Shown here piece after piece: positions 33,078-42,509 of a stretch of DNA of 64,000 bases. The stretch covers positions 1 through 64,000 of IMG/VR virus record IMGVR_UViG_3300031994_000062. One strand, 5' to 3'. Each line of letters begins with the position of its first letter. Position 1 is the stretch's first letter. The position numbers and the translations under genes are program-made. The DNA comes from a virus (taxonomy: Duplodnaviria > Caudoviricetes). Below the pieces are notes generated by a model that saw only the letters and a list, made by a program, of their open reading frames with translations, was not told the origin of the DNA and did not search any database.

Positions 33078-33869
33078 TTACTCTTCGTCGTCATCACACC
33101 AATAGATATTATACAGAGACTTATTAGTTGAGCAATAGTCAACCTGAAGATCTCCACTATAATCAAGTGTTCCATCTGTTGTCAGACTGATAGTAGTTTC
33201 AGGACTCGGCTGGAAGGACGGAAGTTCAATATAAGCTGCTTTCAGAGTATCTGCAGAACAAGGATCTACAGCTAAAACCTTAAGATACAATTTAATTGTA
33301 TCGGGGAACTTATCAGCAAGGTTATGAATAATAGCACCATTAGAAACAGCTCTATCAAACTTAACAATATACTGCTGTCCTTCTTTAGTAGGAGCAGTAA
33401 AGGAAGTTCCATTGATAACAAAAGTTGTATCTGTAGAATTAGCACCAGCTGTCATAACTTTACCCATAGCACCACTAGTTGTAAGTTCTGCAACATGGAT
33501 TGTGCTTTCTACAATACCTCCAAGAGTATAAGTCTTACCAGACTCAACTACCATAATCTTCGGCATAGTCAGAGTACCTGCATTACCATTGATCTGACCA
33601 TCGGAAACGATATCAGGTGTAACACCAGACATAGAAGCAAGAACAGGCATAGACAGCATAGCGTTAGTAGCTGTAAATGTACCTGTCTTTCCTTGCCAAA
33701 ATCTCTTAACCAGAGTGCCGTCTTTATCGACAGCGTCCTTAGATTCTGCGGTTACCTCAATAGATGCTTCAGAAAGCTGTGTTAAAACATGAAGAGGTGT
33801 ACCATCAAATTTCTCAGCCCAACCGTACTGAATACGATCAACGATAATATCGCCTAATGTAAAAGCCAT
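33078..33869 (-). CDS. Major tail (tube) protein
   Basis: 263 aa from ATG 33869 (aggag RBS). Starts MAFTLGDIIVDR. Flanked by terminators. Position in the tail module. Confidence 0.75.
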   Translation of the reverse strand: MAFTLGDIIVDRIQYGWAEKFDGTPLHVLTQLSEASIEVTAESKDAVDKDGTLVKRFWQGKTGTFTATNAMLSMPVLASMSGVTPDIVSDGQINGNAGTLTMPKIMVVESGKTYTLGGIVESTIHVAELTTSGAMGKVMTAGANSTDTTFVINGTSFTAPTKEGQQYIVKFDRAVSNGAIIHNLADKFPDTIKLYLKVLAVDPCSADTLKAAYIELPSFQPSPETTISLTTDGTLDYSGDLQVDYCSTNKSLYNIYWCDDDEE

Positions 33870-33901
33870 ATTTATCTCTCCTTTCAAAAAATTTTTTATA
33901 T

Positions 33902-33934
33902 AAAAAACTGGGATTCCATACACTTGAAATCCCA
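33902..33934 (-). terminator. Terminator-like hairpin upstream of the tube gene
   Basis: ctgggatt...aatcccag followed by tttttt. Confidence 0.55.
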
Positions 33935-33937
33935 GAG

Positions 33938-34822
33938 TTACTTATTATTTAATTTTTCTTTAACTTTGTCGCTTATCCCGGTACGACCTGTCGCGGAAAA
34001 TTCAGGAATATCAACAGGTTTATTTTCGCCAGCGCGAGGATTAAGCGGCTTTCGACCATATTTGATTTCTCTCATCCAATCAAATTGATCTTTCGGTATT
34101 TTAGAAGTATCACAAAAGCCAGAGTACGCACCTTTTAAAAGTGCTGTTGTAGATTCATAAATTTGCAGCCTTTGCACAGAATCCATGAATTCTACAAGTC
34201 CAACTTCCTTTAATTCGCTCTTTTTATATTTAAATCCAGGATGATTTAAACAAGAAGATATCATTGGCAACAGTATAGAACTGCTTTCTTCCTTCTGATT
34301 TAATTTCTGCTTGTCTTCCCAGATTAAAGCCTTTTTAGTGGCCTTACCTTTAGCCTTTTCAACTTTCGGATAAATATTAAATAAGAAACGAACATATTCA
34401 CACAAATTCCTGTGAGTTTCTTCGTCAATCTCGATTTCTTGCTCTTCATTCCACAGTGTAATAACCGGATCCTCATCCTCGGAAAATCGCTTCTGGAACA
34501 GTTTAAACTTAGTAAAGTCTAAGTCACCGAATAGAAGCTGAGTTTTCTCAAGTGGAAGAGTAGGAGCCAGCATTGCAAATAATTCATAATCCGTAATGTC
34601 GTTCCAATCTATGTTGTTTTCCCATAACTGCAGCCGGTACATAGTCGGATTCGCCGCAAAAGCATTGGCAACAGAATAAACTTCTGATTCACCATGTTCT
34701 ACGATGTCTCCAATAGTTGGCTGATAAACAATAATATCTTTGCCAGTTGGAGTATGAATTGCATAAGGCTCTCCAAAATATAGTTTTAATTTGTCAATCT
34801 TATTAGGATCAAAAGACGTCAT
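33938..34822 (-). CDS. Conserved neck/tail-completion region protein
   Basis: 294 aa between neck genes and tube. Function inferred from position only. Confidence 0.55.
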   Translation of the reverse strand: MTSFDPNKIDKLKLYFGEPYAIHTPTGKDIIVYQPTIGDIVEHGESEVYSVANAFAANPTMYRLQLWENNIDWNDITDYELFAMLAPTLPLEKTQLLFGDLDFTKFKLFQKRFSEDEDPVITLWNEEQEIEIDEETHRNLCEYVRFLFNIYPKVEKAKGKATKKALIWEDKQKLNQKEESSSILLPMISSCLNHPGFKYKKSELKEVGLVEFMDSVQRLQIYESTTALLKGAYSGFCDTSKIPKDQFDWMREIKYGRKPLNPRAGENKPVDIPEFSATGRTGISDKVKEKLNNK

Positions 34823-35420
34823 ATCTGTTGTTCATTCCTCCGTGACCATTTACTATATTTGGAGCCTCGACTGCGAATTTTAGAGTTCTACAATAGAACT
34901 TACCGTCAACTATATCTGGATAATCGTTTGTAAGTTTTAACTGCATTCCTAAAGAGTTTGTCCAACAAAGAATATCCCTGATTAAATATGAAAGCAAATC
35001 TGTACGTGGAATACGATATGGCGTATCCATATCATCTTCGTGTACACAGCACATCACAACAATCTCTTGGTTTTTAATTACTTTATTGACATAGGAGACA
35101 GAAGAATCTCGAATATCAAACATGATGAAATTCAAAACCTCTGTTTGCATATTGTTCAGCTTTAACCAAGGGACTATCTGTTTATGAGTAATTTTCTCAT
35201 TATAATCCTCTATTTGGCGGCGCTTTTCCAATTCTTCCTCTGTAGGATTATCTGGATCAACATACTTATTAAGAGGTTTTTTCTGCTTCGTGCCTAAAAC
35301 TTCTATAATATCTGGATCTTCTTTGAACATTTCTTCGAGTTTATATTTTTTATAAATAATATCGTTATTATGCTTATCTTCTAAGTCTCTTACGATTTTA
35401 CTAATATCTCGCTGCATCAA
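34809..35420 (-). CDS. Putative tail terminator/completion protein
   Basis: 203 aa. RxDLLSYLIRDIL-type motif. Position after the head-closure gene. Confidence 0.5.
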   Translation of the reverse strand: MMQRDISKIVRDLEDKHNNDIIYKKYKLEEMFKEDPDIIEVLGTKQKKPLNKYVDPDNPTEEELEKRRQIEDYNEKITHKQIVPWLKLNNMQTEVLNFIMFDIRDSSVSYVNKVIKNQEIVVMCCVHEDDMDTPYRIPRTDLLSYLIRDILCWTNSLGMQLKLTNDYPDIVDGKFYCRTLKFAVEAPNIVNGHGGMNNRYDVF

Positions 35421-36094
35421 ATCACCTCCAGCTCAATAGAAGAGTAGTAGTCGCCATTAATATCTGAAACAGACAAGCGGAATTTCTTTCCGACCAACGA
35501 CCCAGCTTTCGCAGGTTTTATCGCCACTACTAAATCGTCGAATTCCGTCACCGAAATTAAACCAACATAATAATTAACGTCATCGTTAGAAAATTCATTA
35601 TCATTAATAAAAGAAATTTTCCACTCTGGATTAATATTTTCAGCAAAGAAATTAACTCCAAAGTATGAAACCTTTCCGCGTTCCAAATGTTTAATATCTG
35701 TACCAGGCTCAAGTTCTCCGTTATCATTTACAATATAAGAAGAAATAACACTTGAATGTTCTTCGTCTGGATTTTCAGATATAGGTACATCTACCTTAAT
35801 GTTGCCTTCTTCTGTAAAATAGTCGCAAATCATCATGTCAATAGAATCACGCTTCTCGTTAAAATCATCTTGTTTGAGAGTTAACTTAATCATTCCACGA
35901 GGAGTCGTATCATCAACTTTAGTTACTTGATAACACTTAGGATCAACAGTATTAAATGTAATCATAAAGCGTTGATCATATGTAATTGTTTGATTGTTAT
36001 AAAGACCGAGATTAACAAGATTATTAATTCCGTAAACATTAACAACATCTGGAATCCAGAAATTTGTTAAGTTATCTAGGCTATACGAAATTTC
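35417..36094 (-). CDS. Head-closure/connector-like protein, exon 2
   Basis: The frame extends 43 codons upstream of the listed ATG to gaa att tcg (EISYSLDNLTNFW), preceded by the intron-terminal G. Confidence 0.75.
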   Translation of the reverse strand, partial: EISYSLDNLTNFWIPDVVNVYGINNLVNLGLYNNQTITYDQRFMITFNTVDPKCYQVTKVDDTTPRGMIKLTLKQDDFNEKRDSIDMMICDYFTEEGNIKVDVPISENPDEEHSSVISSYIVNDNGELEPGTDIKHLERGKVSYFGVNFFAENINPEWKISFINDNEFSNDDVNYYVGLISVTEFDDLVVAIKPAKAGSLVGKKFRLSVSDINGDYYSSIELEVI

Positions 36095-37508
36095 CTATTG
36101 TGTTACTCAAACCACGCGTTAAGCGATTTGAGAATTATTTATAAATGGTTTAACATAGAGATCTTCATATATGTTATACTTTCTAATTAAATACATATCA
36201 GCGTCCTTATAAAGATAATCTAATAATTTTTTAGCTTGGATTCCTCCTCCAATTGAAACTATCTTATTACTTTTATTCGGATGATAATAGATTGAACAAT
36301 GAATTTTAAGCTCGTCTTCTATAAATTCCTTAAGTCCATCCATCATTAGACCAGATCCGATAAAACTGACATGCTTATATTTGGGATTTTTAGTAATATT
36401 ACCGTCCCCATCTAGATAGCCCCTAATAAAATGCCGCATTAAACCACGATTTAGCCAAAACGGAAATTTTAAAATATGACTTTTACAAGGAACAACTCCA
36501 CATTTATTTAATGAATTAGCCATATATTTGTTATGAATTCGCAACACATACGAATTCTGCACATTTCCTTTTTTAGATGAATTATCTACAAGCACCAATG
36601 GTTTATCATAATTTAATTCTTTATTTATACTTTCGAGGATATGTTTGTCTCGCTCCTGTAAACTTAACGTAATAATATATCCTTTTTTAGATACATTTCC
36701 ATCAGCATATAATAATCCTAGTATATATGCTTTATTAGGAGTATCTATTTTATCAAAATATGTTTCATCTAAATGATATTTCTTATTAAAGTCAGTACGC
36801 TGTCGTATCTTAATCCCATTTGACTTTAGAATATTCGAAATTACTTCATGTCCTATATGCATCTCTTTACCTATCTCTTTAATGGTTTTATTGTATATAG
36901 AATACATATTTATTACTTTGTCAACTTCATCTTGAGATATTTCCCTATGCTGAACTTTTATTCCCATTCTAGTTAAAAAATTTCCAACACTTCCTGCATT
37001 TAGATTATATTTTTCAGCAATTTCTCTATTAGTAAATCCATCAAGTCTCATCTGAGCAAATTCATCTCCATGTTGTTTAAAAAACAATGCTGTTTCTGTT
37101 TTATTCATACTAATTCCTCCTAAAAATGTATAAAAAAATAAGACCATAATCGTCGCATTTAGGAGCTACGGCGAAACGGGAGCTACCCGCTGTCTGGTCT
37201 TATTATCAACAGTTAATTTATAAATAATTTTCTTATGCTTTCACATAAGTACAGACTATATCATCACCATATCTAAAAAGATTTAGGTGTCCTCCACAGG
37301 ATCCACTTGGATCGCTTAGTCGTTGAACCTTTCCCTATTCGGGACTTGGCTGCTGATTGTCCAATCTTTATAATTTTCGACATTCACGTTTGAGCATTTC
37401 ATCTCTGCGTTGTAGTTTATAAAGCTCTAAGGAGTTTCCAGCAATTCAAAGGATTCATTTGCATAATTTCTTATTGCAACGGACAATTCTAACTAAATAG
37501 TTAGTTTC
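36095..37508 (-). mobile_element. Group I intron (1414 nt), endonuclease ORF in the P9 region
   Basis: AAUUGCUGGAA, AAUCAGCAG, UCAACGACUA, GAUAUAGUCU, P2 uugca/ugcaa, P8 cacc/ggug. Junction gau|gaa gives RWLDEISYSLDN. P1 pairing is short, so the exact 5' site is less certain. Confidence 0.85.
36119..37108 (-). CDS. Intron-encoded double-motif LAGLIDADG endonuclease with N-terminal HTH
   Basis: AYILGLLYADGNV and FIRGYLDGDGNI. ATG 37108 follows aggagg. Confidence 0.9.
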   Translation of the reverse strand: MNKTETALFFKQHGDEFAQMRLDGFTNREIAEKYNLNAGSVGNFLTRMGIKVQHREISQDEVDKVINMYSIYNKTIKEIGKEMHIGHEVISNILKSNGIKIRQRTDFNKKYHLDETYFDKIDTPNKAYILGLLYADGNVSKKGYIITLSLQERDKHILESINKELNYDKPLVLVDNSSKKGNVQNSYVLRIHNKYMANSLNKCGVVPCKSHILKFPFWLNRGLMRHFIRGYLDGDGNITKNPKYKHVSFIGSGLMMDGLKEFIEDELKIHCSIYYHPNKSNKIVSIGGGIQAKKLLDYLYKDADMYLIRKYNIYEDLYVKPFINNSQIA

Positions 37509-38030
37509 ATCTAACCACCGCCCTGAGGTGTAGCTATTTGCATTTCGTATACATCCAAAGGATTTCATGATTTGTCCTTTCCATATCCATTTGAGTTCAT
37601 AATTTGCTTTCAATACATTGTATCTGACATAACTACGACTATCATCTCTACCAACTATAATCCACCATTGTGTTCTTTCATCAATTGGTTGAGACCAAGG
37701 ATTTTCTAATTGTTCTTCAGATAAATTTATATCAAAATCAACATCATCTGGAATTATAATGTATGAACCCACGGGATAATGGACGCCTGGACGAAACTGA
37801 ATCATGTAATCAATGGCATCCTTCAAAATAGAAGGAGTTGTGTGAACTTGATACTTCGCGTCTTCAAATTTCCACCCATCACGGGTCAAAATGTAAACAC
37901 GCTTATAATTCGGATCTCTTGTAAAAGTCCGATCTATAATTACATCTGACTGATTTTTCTTAACTTCAGCCAGATTTCGCCCATGTCGTGTAAGATAACT
38001 TTTATATGCCGTGATATCCATAGACATCAC
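37509..38030 (-). CDS. Head-closure/connector-like protein, exon 1 (spliced product ~399 aa)
   Basis: 174 codons ending in gat. The last 17 codons of the listed ORF are intron P1/P2. Confidence 0.75.
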
Positions 38031-38356
38031 ACCTTTATCTTGTCGACCAACGCATGGGCATCTAAAACAAGCTTTCTATATGCATGATAGTCGAATTGCT
38101 CCTTGGAACATTCTAGATGTGCGGCTTCGAGATTTGACATAATACCGACAATTTCCGGCGGATAGAAGAGAAGAGAAGATAATCCATTTATCCTTCTCAT
38201 AAGACCTTCAAAATACTTGTCAAAATCAACATGAGAATATTCATCGGCAGATTCAGGATCCTTATAAATCAATAACCAATGAAGTTCACTGTGGAGCCGC
38301 TTTTTAAATAACTCGAATTGTTCAGGGTCAAAATATCCATATTTCATATCCATCAC
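38027..38356 (-). CDS. Hypothetical neck-region protein
   Basis: 109 aa, overlapping start/stop codons on both sides. Confidence 0.65.
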   Translation of the reverse strand: MMDMKYGYFDPEQFELFKKRLHSELHWLLIYKDPESADEYSHVDFDKYFEGLMRRINGLSSLLFYPPEIVGIMSNLEAAHLECSKEQFDYHAYRKLVLDAHALVDKIKV

Positions 38357-38477
38357 CTGTAATCCTCGATATAGTCGTTATACAGATACCCGCGATCTCG
38401 TATCATTTTGCGCTGTTCATTCTTAGTAGATTCGTATAAAGCGCGAATTTCCTTTAAATGACTTGACTCTGAATAGA
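38353..38477 (-). CDS. Head-tail adaptor-like protein, exon 2
   Basis: Not in ORF track. Reads (F)YSESSHLKEIRALYESTKNEQRKMIRDRGYLYNDYIEDYR*, with the stop overlapping the next start. Confidence 0.8.
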
Positions 38478-39914
38478 CTGTTATATTACTCATCCAGATC
38501 GTTATTCTGGGTGAGATTTATATGACTTTTTGCATAAGATTTACAAAAATTAATATAATACTGATATTTCCTATCTAATTTCATTTCTGCATCCTCATAC
38601 ATCCATGATAAAAATTGGTAAGAAGATTTATTTCCAGATGTTTGAATAATAAATGTATTATCACCGCATTGCTTTGGATGCTTTATATTATTTTTACAAT
38701 CCATACTATTTAATATTTTTGATAAATGTTCACACATATCTAATGTTCCAACAGTTTGAGTAGAACATTTATTATATTTTTGATAATAATAGATATTTCC
38801 ATCGCCATCAAAATAACCACGACAAAAATGTCTAATTAATTCTTCTGGTAAAAACTCTGGAAACTTTAACTTTAAACTTTTAGCCTTAATTAATCCTAAT
38901 TCTTTTAAAACATCAGACATATAAGGATCATTAATAACTAGAGCATATTGATTTTTATGATTATTATTTTTATTATTTAATGGAATAAATCTAAGAGGTC
39001 CTTCATATTCTAACTCATTTTTAATTTTATCAAGAATAGCTTTATCTGATTCTTGTAAAGACAATGTAATAATATGAGGTCTAACGCTGTCGTAATGGTT
39101 ACATCCATCTGCATAAAGAAGGCCTAATATATACGCCTTATTAGGGGTATCAATAACATCAAAATAATGACTATTTCTCTGATATTTTCTATTAGAAATC
39201 GTATATCCTTTTCTTGGAATTCCTTCTCTGTCTATAATATTATTAACTCCAGTTGCAGAAACAACAGTGTCGTAGCAAATGTCTTTTTGTTTCTTGTTTT
39301 CATCTTTATATAATTTAATCACTCTATTATTTAATTCTTTTGAAAAAGTGTTGTACTTTCTATCTATCTGATTATTTTTTAATACAATCCTTAGATCATG
39401 TTCGTTAGAATTAAATTCTTCCATCATTTTTTCAATATCCTCAGTTTGTAAATACATATCAATAATATTTTTAATTTCATCTTCGCTAAATGTTTTCATA
39501 TACATCATCCTCCTTAAAAATGTGTATAAAAATAAAGACAGTAATTTCAGCATTAAGGAGCTACTGAAAAACGGTTTGCAACCCGCTGTCCTGTCTTATT
39601 TACAGTGTCATATAAATTTTCTTACGTTTTCACGCAAGCATAGACTATATCATTCACCATATACATTTCTGCACTTAGGAGTCCTTCACTTCGGGAGACT
39701 TCTCCCTACGAGTATTTCAACTCATAGTCGTTGAGGACGACCCTCTTCAGGTCTTTCCTGCTGATTTCCCAATACATAAACTTTTCAAACCATTGCCGTT
39801 TAGATATATCTCAATCTTCCGTTTTGGTATTATGTCTCTAAGGGAGTTCCAGCATATTCGAAGGAATACACTACGCCGTTTCCGAACGTAGCGAACCGTG
39901 AGCATAAGCTCTCA
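38478..39914 (-). mobile_element. Group I intron (1437 nt), endonuclease ORF in the P9 region
   Basis: AUGCUGGAA, AAUCAGCAG, UCAACGACUA, GAUAUAGUCU. Junction aaa u|uc uau gives KEEKFYS. 340+125 nt = 155 codons. U before and G at the end of the intron. Confidence 0.88.
38486..39505 (-). CDS. Intron-encoded double-motif LAGLIDADG endonuclease
   Basis: AYILGLLYADGCN and FCRGYFDGDGNI. Start at 39505 or 39499 after aggagg. Stop lies 8 nt before the 3' splice site. Confidence 0.9.
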   Translation of the reverse strand: MYMKTFSEDEIKNIIDMYLQTEDIEKMMEEFNSNEHDLRIVLKNNQIDRKYNTFSKELNNRVIKLYKDENKKQKDICYDTVVSATGVNNIIDREGIPRKGYTISNRKYQRNSHYFDVIDTPNKAYILGLLYADGCNHYDSVRPHIITLSLQESDKAILDKIKNELEYEGPLRFIPLNNKNNNHKNQYALVINDPYMSDVLKELGLIKAKSLKLKFPEFLPEELIRHFCRGYFDGDGNIYYYQKYNKCSTQTVGTLDMCEHLSKILNSMDCKNNIKHPKQCGDNTFIIQTSGNKSSYQFLSWMYEDAEMKLDRKYQYYINFCKSYAKSHINLTQNNDLDE

Positions 39915-40254
39915 ATTTTTCTTCTTTAGAACCATAAGTCTGGTAGATGTGAGTAAGGCTATTAACCTTTGGTTTCAGCCATTCAATCACCATTCCCAAC
40001 GCTAAAATTTCGATTACGAAGTCCGTATCCATATCTTCGTCTACCTGGTAAGCCATCTCAAAGGTAAGCTGACCAGAATCGACATCGCAATCATATGTCG
40101 AAAAAAGTCGCCTTACATAAGGTTTGGAACCAGCAGACTTGATCCATCCACCCATGAATTCCGTAATCTCGTCGTCAGATAATTCCAGAAAATCATAGGC
40201 ATCAATTTTTTGTAGAAAGCTTGAATAGATATCGTCAAATTCGAGTGCAATCAT
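39915..40254 (-). CDS. Head-tail adaptor-like protein, exon 1 (spliced product 154 aa)
   Basis: EILALGMVIEWLKPKVN...YGSKEEK. Second gene after the capsid gene. Confidence 0.75.
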
Positions 40255-40265
40255 TTAAGATCACC

Positions 40266-40826
40266 TCATTTAGTTAAAACCTTAAGATTGAGTCCAAACT
40301 GTTCGTCAATAACTCTAATCTTTTCGATACTGTCTAATGTTCCGTTATCGACAGCAGTAGAAGCGATGCTCTTGAAATTCTCTTTAGCTCTAGGCGGCAG
40401 AGCATCAATAGCCTTCTTCATTTCGTCAACCGGAAGTTTGATAATATCCTTAAGGTCACTATCTGTATAGGATTCATCGTAGAACTTCTGGACAATTGGA
40501 AATTCGTCGATGAAATCTTGGTCTTCAATAATGAAGAGCGGCCCGAACACAAAATCAGATCTTGTCCGAACCGCAATCACCAAATCTCTATATTCAACTT
40601 CATATTCATGTCCATAAGCATTCCATTCATATAACATTCCGGTTTTCTTGCCAATCATATAAAGGCCGCCGGGTGTTACGGATCTACATAAAATCCCATC
40701 AGTTTCTTTGAATTCCCGCTTTTTAACAACGGGTTCGGTTTTCCTTGTAGCCGCCGTTTTTGGAGCTTCTGCTTTAATAGCTTCTTCCTTTTTCGCAGCG
40801 GTAGTTTTTGTCATGCTTCTAGCCAT
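40266..40826 (-). CDS. Hypothetical protein following the major capsid gene
   Basis: 186 aa with a Lys/Ala-rich N-terminus. Confidence 0.65.
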   Translation of the reverse strand: MARSMTKTTAAKKEEAIKAEAPKTAATRKTEPVVKKREFKETDGILCRSVTPGGLYMIGKKTGMLYEWNAYGHEYEVEYRDLVIAVRTRSDFVFGPLFIIEDQDFIDEFPIVQKFYDESYTDSDLKDIIKLPVDEMKKAIDALPPRAKENFKSIASTAVDNGTLDSIEKIRVIDEQFGLNLKVLTK

Positions 40827-40848
40827 TTCCTTTTCCTCCTAATATATC

Positions 40849-41982
40849 TTAGTTAGTGGTTGTCCACTTACCAAAGTACTGACCAATTCTGGTAACAACA
40901 CCAAAATCTCTCTGAACTTCATATTTCATGAGGTCGGAGATATTAGCGTTAGCTTCGCCACGTTCGGTGATTTCGTTGATCAGAGTCTCGCCGCTATCTG
41001 CGAATTCTACAAGCTTATTATCCTTACCCCTTGCGAAGATATAAAGATCTTTATCGCTATAGAAATGCTGACCAACCTGATTACGAACGAATCTCTGCGG
41101 AATCTCTACTAACAGAGTTCCTTCATAGTCGCCAAGTCTACCTGTATGAGCAACAGATTCCTTCTGAGACGGAGCAATCCAATGAACAGCACCATCGTAG
41201 AAAGCGTTAAGCTTCTTAAGAGCGTTCTTTGTACCGAAAATAGCAACTTCAGAGTTGCCATTAGCGATGGATACGTTTGTGATGATTGTATCAAACTGAT
41301 CCTTTGTAGCTGCGGCAAGATCGCCACTGTCAACGAAGCCTTCTGTTACAGGAAGCTTCTCAGCTGCGCCTGTAATATGCTCATAGATAGTATCTTGAAT
41401 CTGATGCTGGAATGCTACTGCGATAGCTGCAACAAGAGCAGACCAGTCACAGTCACCAAGAATATAACGGTCAATGTCGCCACCAACAGCAACTACATAA
41501 CGAGCCAGCGGAATGGTCACATACTGACCTCCACCTAATCTCTGCAGAATGTGATCATGGTGTGTTCTACCAGCTTTGGCAACGTTAAGAATAATATCTT
41601 CGTCTGTCCAGAACTGAGTCTCATCACCAAGTGCAACATTTCTTTCGTTAACGAGTTCCTGGAACCATTCGGAATCCTTAAGTCCAGTGTCAACGATAGC
41701 ATCAACGGTTTCCTCAATCAGGCGGAAGAATTCCTTGCCATGATCTTCGTAAGCACGCTGACGATCTCTCTTTGTAGCTCTCTCATCAAGCTCAAACACA
41801 CTTAATACCAGATCATGAAGTCTTTTCTCGGCTTCACGCTTAGAAACAACCTTACCGGTTTCATCGTCATAAATCTCATGACCCATACCAAGGTCATACA
41901 TAAGATTCTTTACTTCTTCGTATTCGGTTTCAAACTTATTGAATACGTTCATGATATGCTGTGAAAATACTAATTTATGCAT
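40849..41982 (-). CDS. Major capsid protein
   Basis: 377 aa. Position after protease/scaffold and decoration genes, as in SPbeta-like head modules. Strong RBS. Confidence 0.8.
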   Translation of the reverse strand: MHKLVFSQHIMNVFNKFETEYEEVKNLMYDLGMGHEIYDDETGKVVSKREAEKRLHDLVLSVFELDERATKRDRQRAYEDHGKEFFRLIEETVDAIVDTGLKDSEWFQELVNERNVALGDETQFWTDEDIILNVAKAGRTHHDHILQRLGGGQYVTIPLARYVVAVGGDIDRYILGDCDWSALVAAIAVAFQHQIQDTIYEHITGAAEKLPVTEGFVDSGDLAAATKDQFDTIITNVSIANGNSEVAIFGTKNALKKLNAFYDGAVHWIAPSQKESVAHTGRLGDYEGTLLVEIPQRFVRNQVGQHFYSDKDLYIFARGKDNKLVEFADSGETLINEITERGEANANISDLMKYEVQRDFGVVTRIGQYFGKWTTTN

Positions 41983-42006
41983 TCTTTATTCCTCCTTTCC
42001 TTTAAA

Positions 42007-42483
42007 TTACGCTGTCTTAACCTTAAGTTTCATGTTTTCAACAGTTACAGTTTTATTTGCAACGGGAGTCCCGGTAAAGCCTTCTTTGGAGATCTCGATG
42101 ATGTCGCCAATAGTAAGAGCAATACCTTCTACTGTTTCTCCCTTAAGGTTATACCAAAGCTTCTCCTGACGCATATCTCTTTCCTCGCGGGTAAAGATAG
42201 GTGTCTCATAAATCATAATAGCTTCCTTCTGAGGATCAATTTCAAGTACCTCTACATACCAATTGCCGTTAGCGGCCTGTTCACGGATAATTCCTTTAAA
42301 AGCCGCTGGAGCCTCTGCTGCCTTATACTGATCAAAAGATACATAATCTCCTCTGGAAACGATGGCACCGTTGTCAGTATTTGCTACAAGTACAATATTA
42401 TAAGTATGACCGATACGTGCAGCAACACACTTAGATGGATATGCAATTGTATGGGTCGCATTCAGATTAAAATCTACTGCCAT
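42007..42483 (-). CDS. Capsid decoration-like protein
   Basis: 158 aa, beta-rich, between scaffold and capsid genes. Confidence 0.55.
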   Translation of the reverse strand: MAVDFNLNATHTIAYPSKCVAARIGHTYNIVLVANTDNGAIVSRGDYVSFDQYKAAEAPAAFKGIIREQAANGNWYVEVLEIDPQKEAIMIYETPIFTREERDMRQEKLWYNLKGETVEGIALTIGDIIEISKEGFTGTPVANKTVTVENMKLKVKTA

Positions 42484-42509
42484 AATAATTTCTCCTTTCT
42501 TTTAATAAT

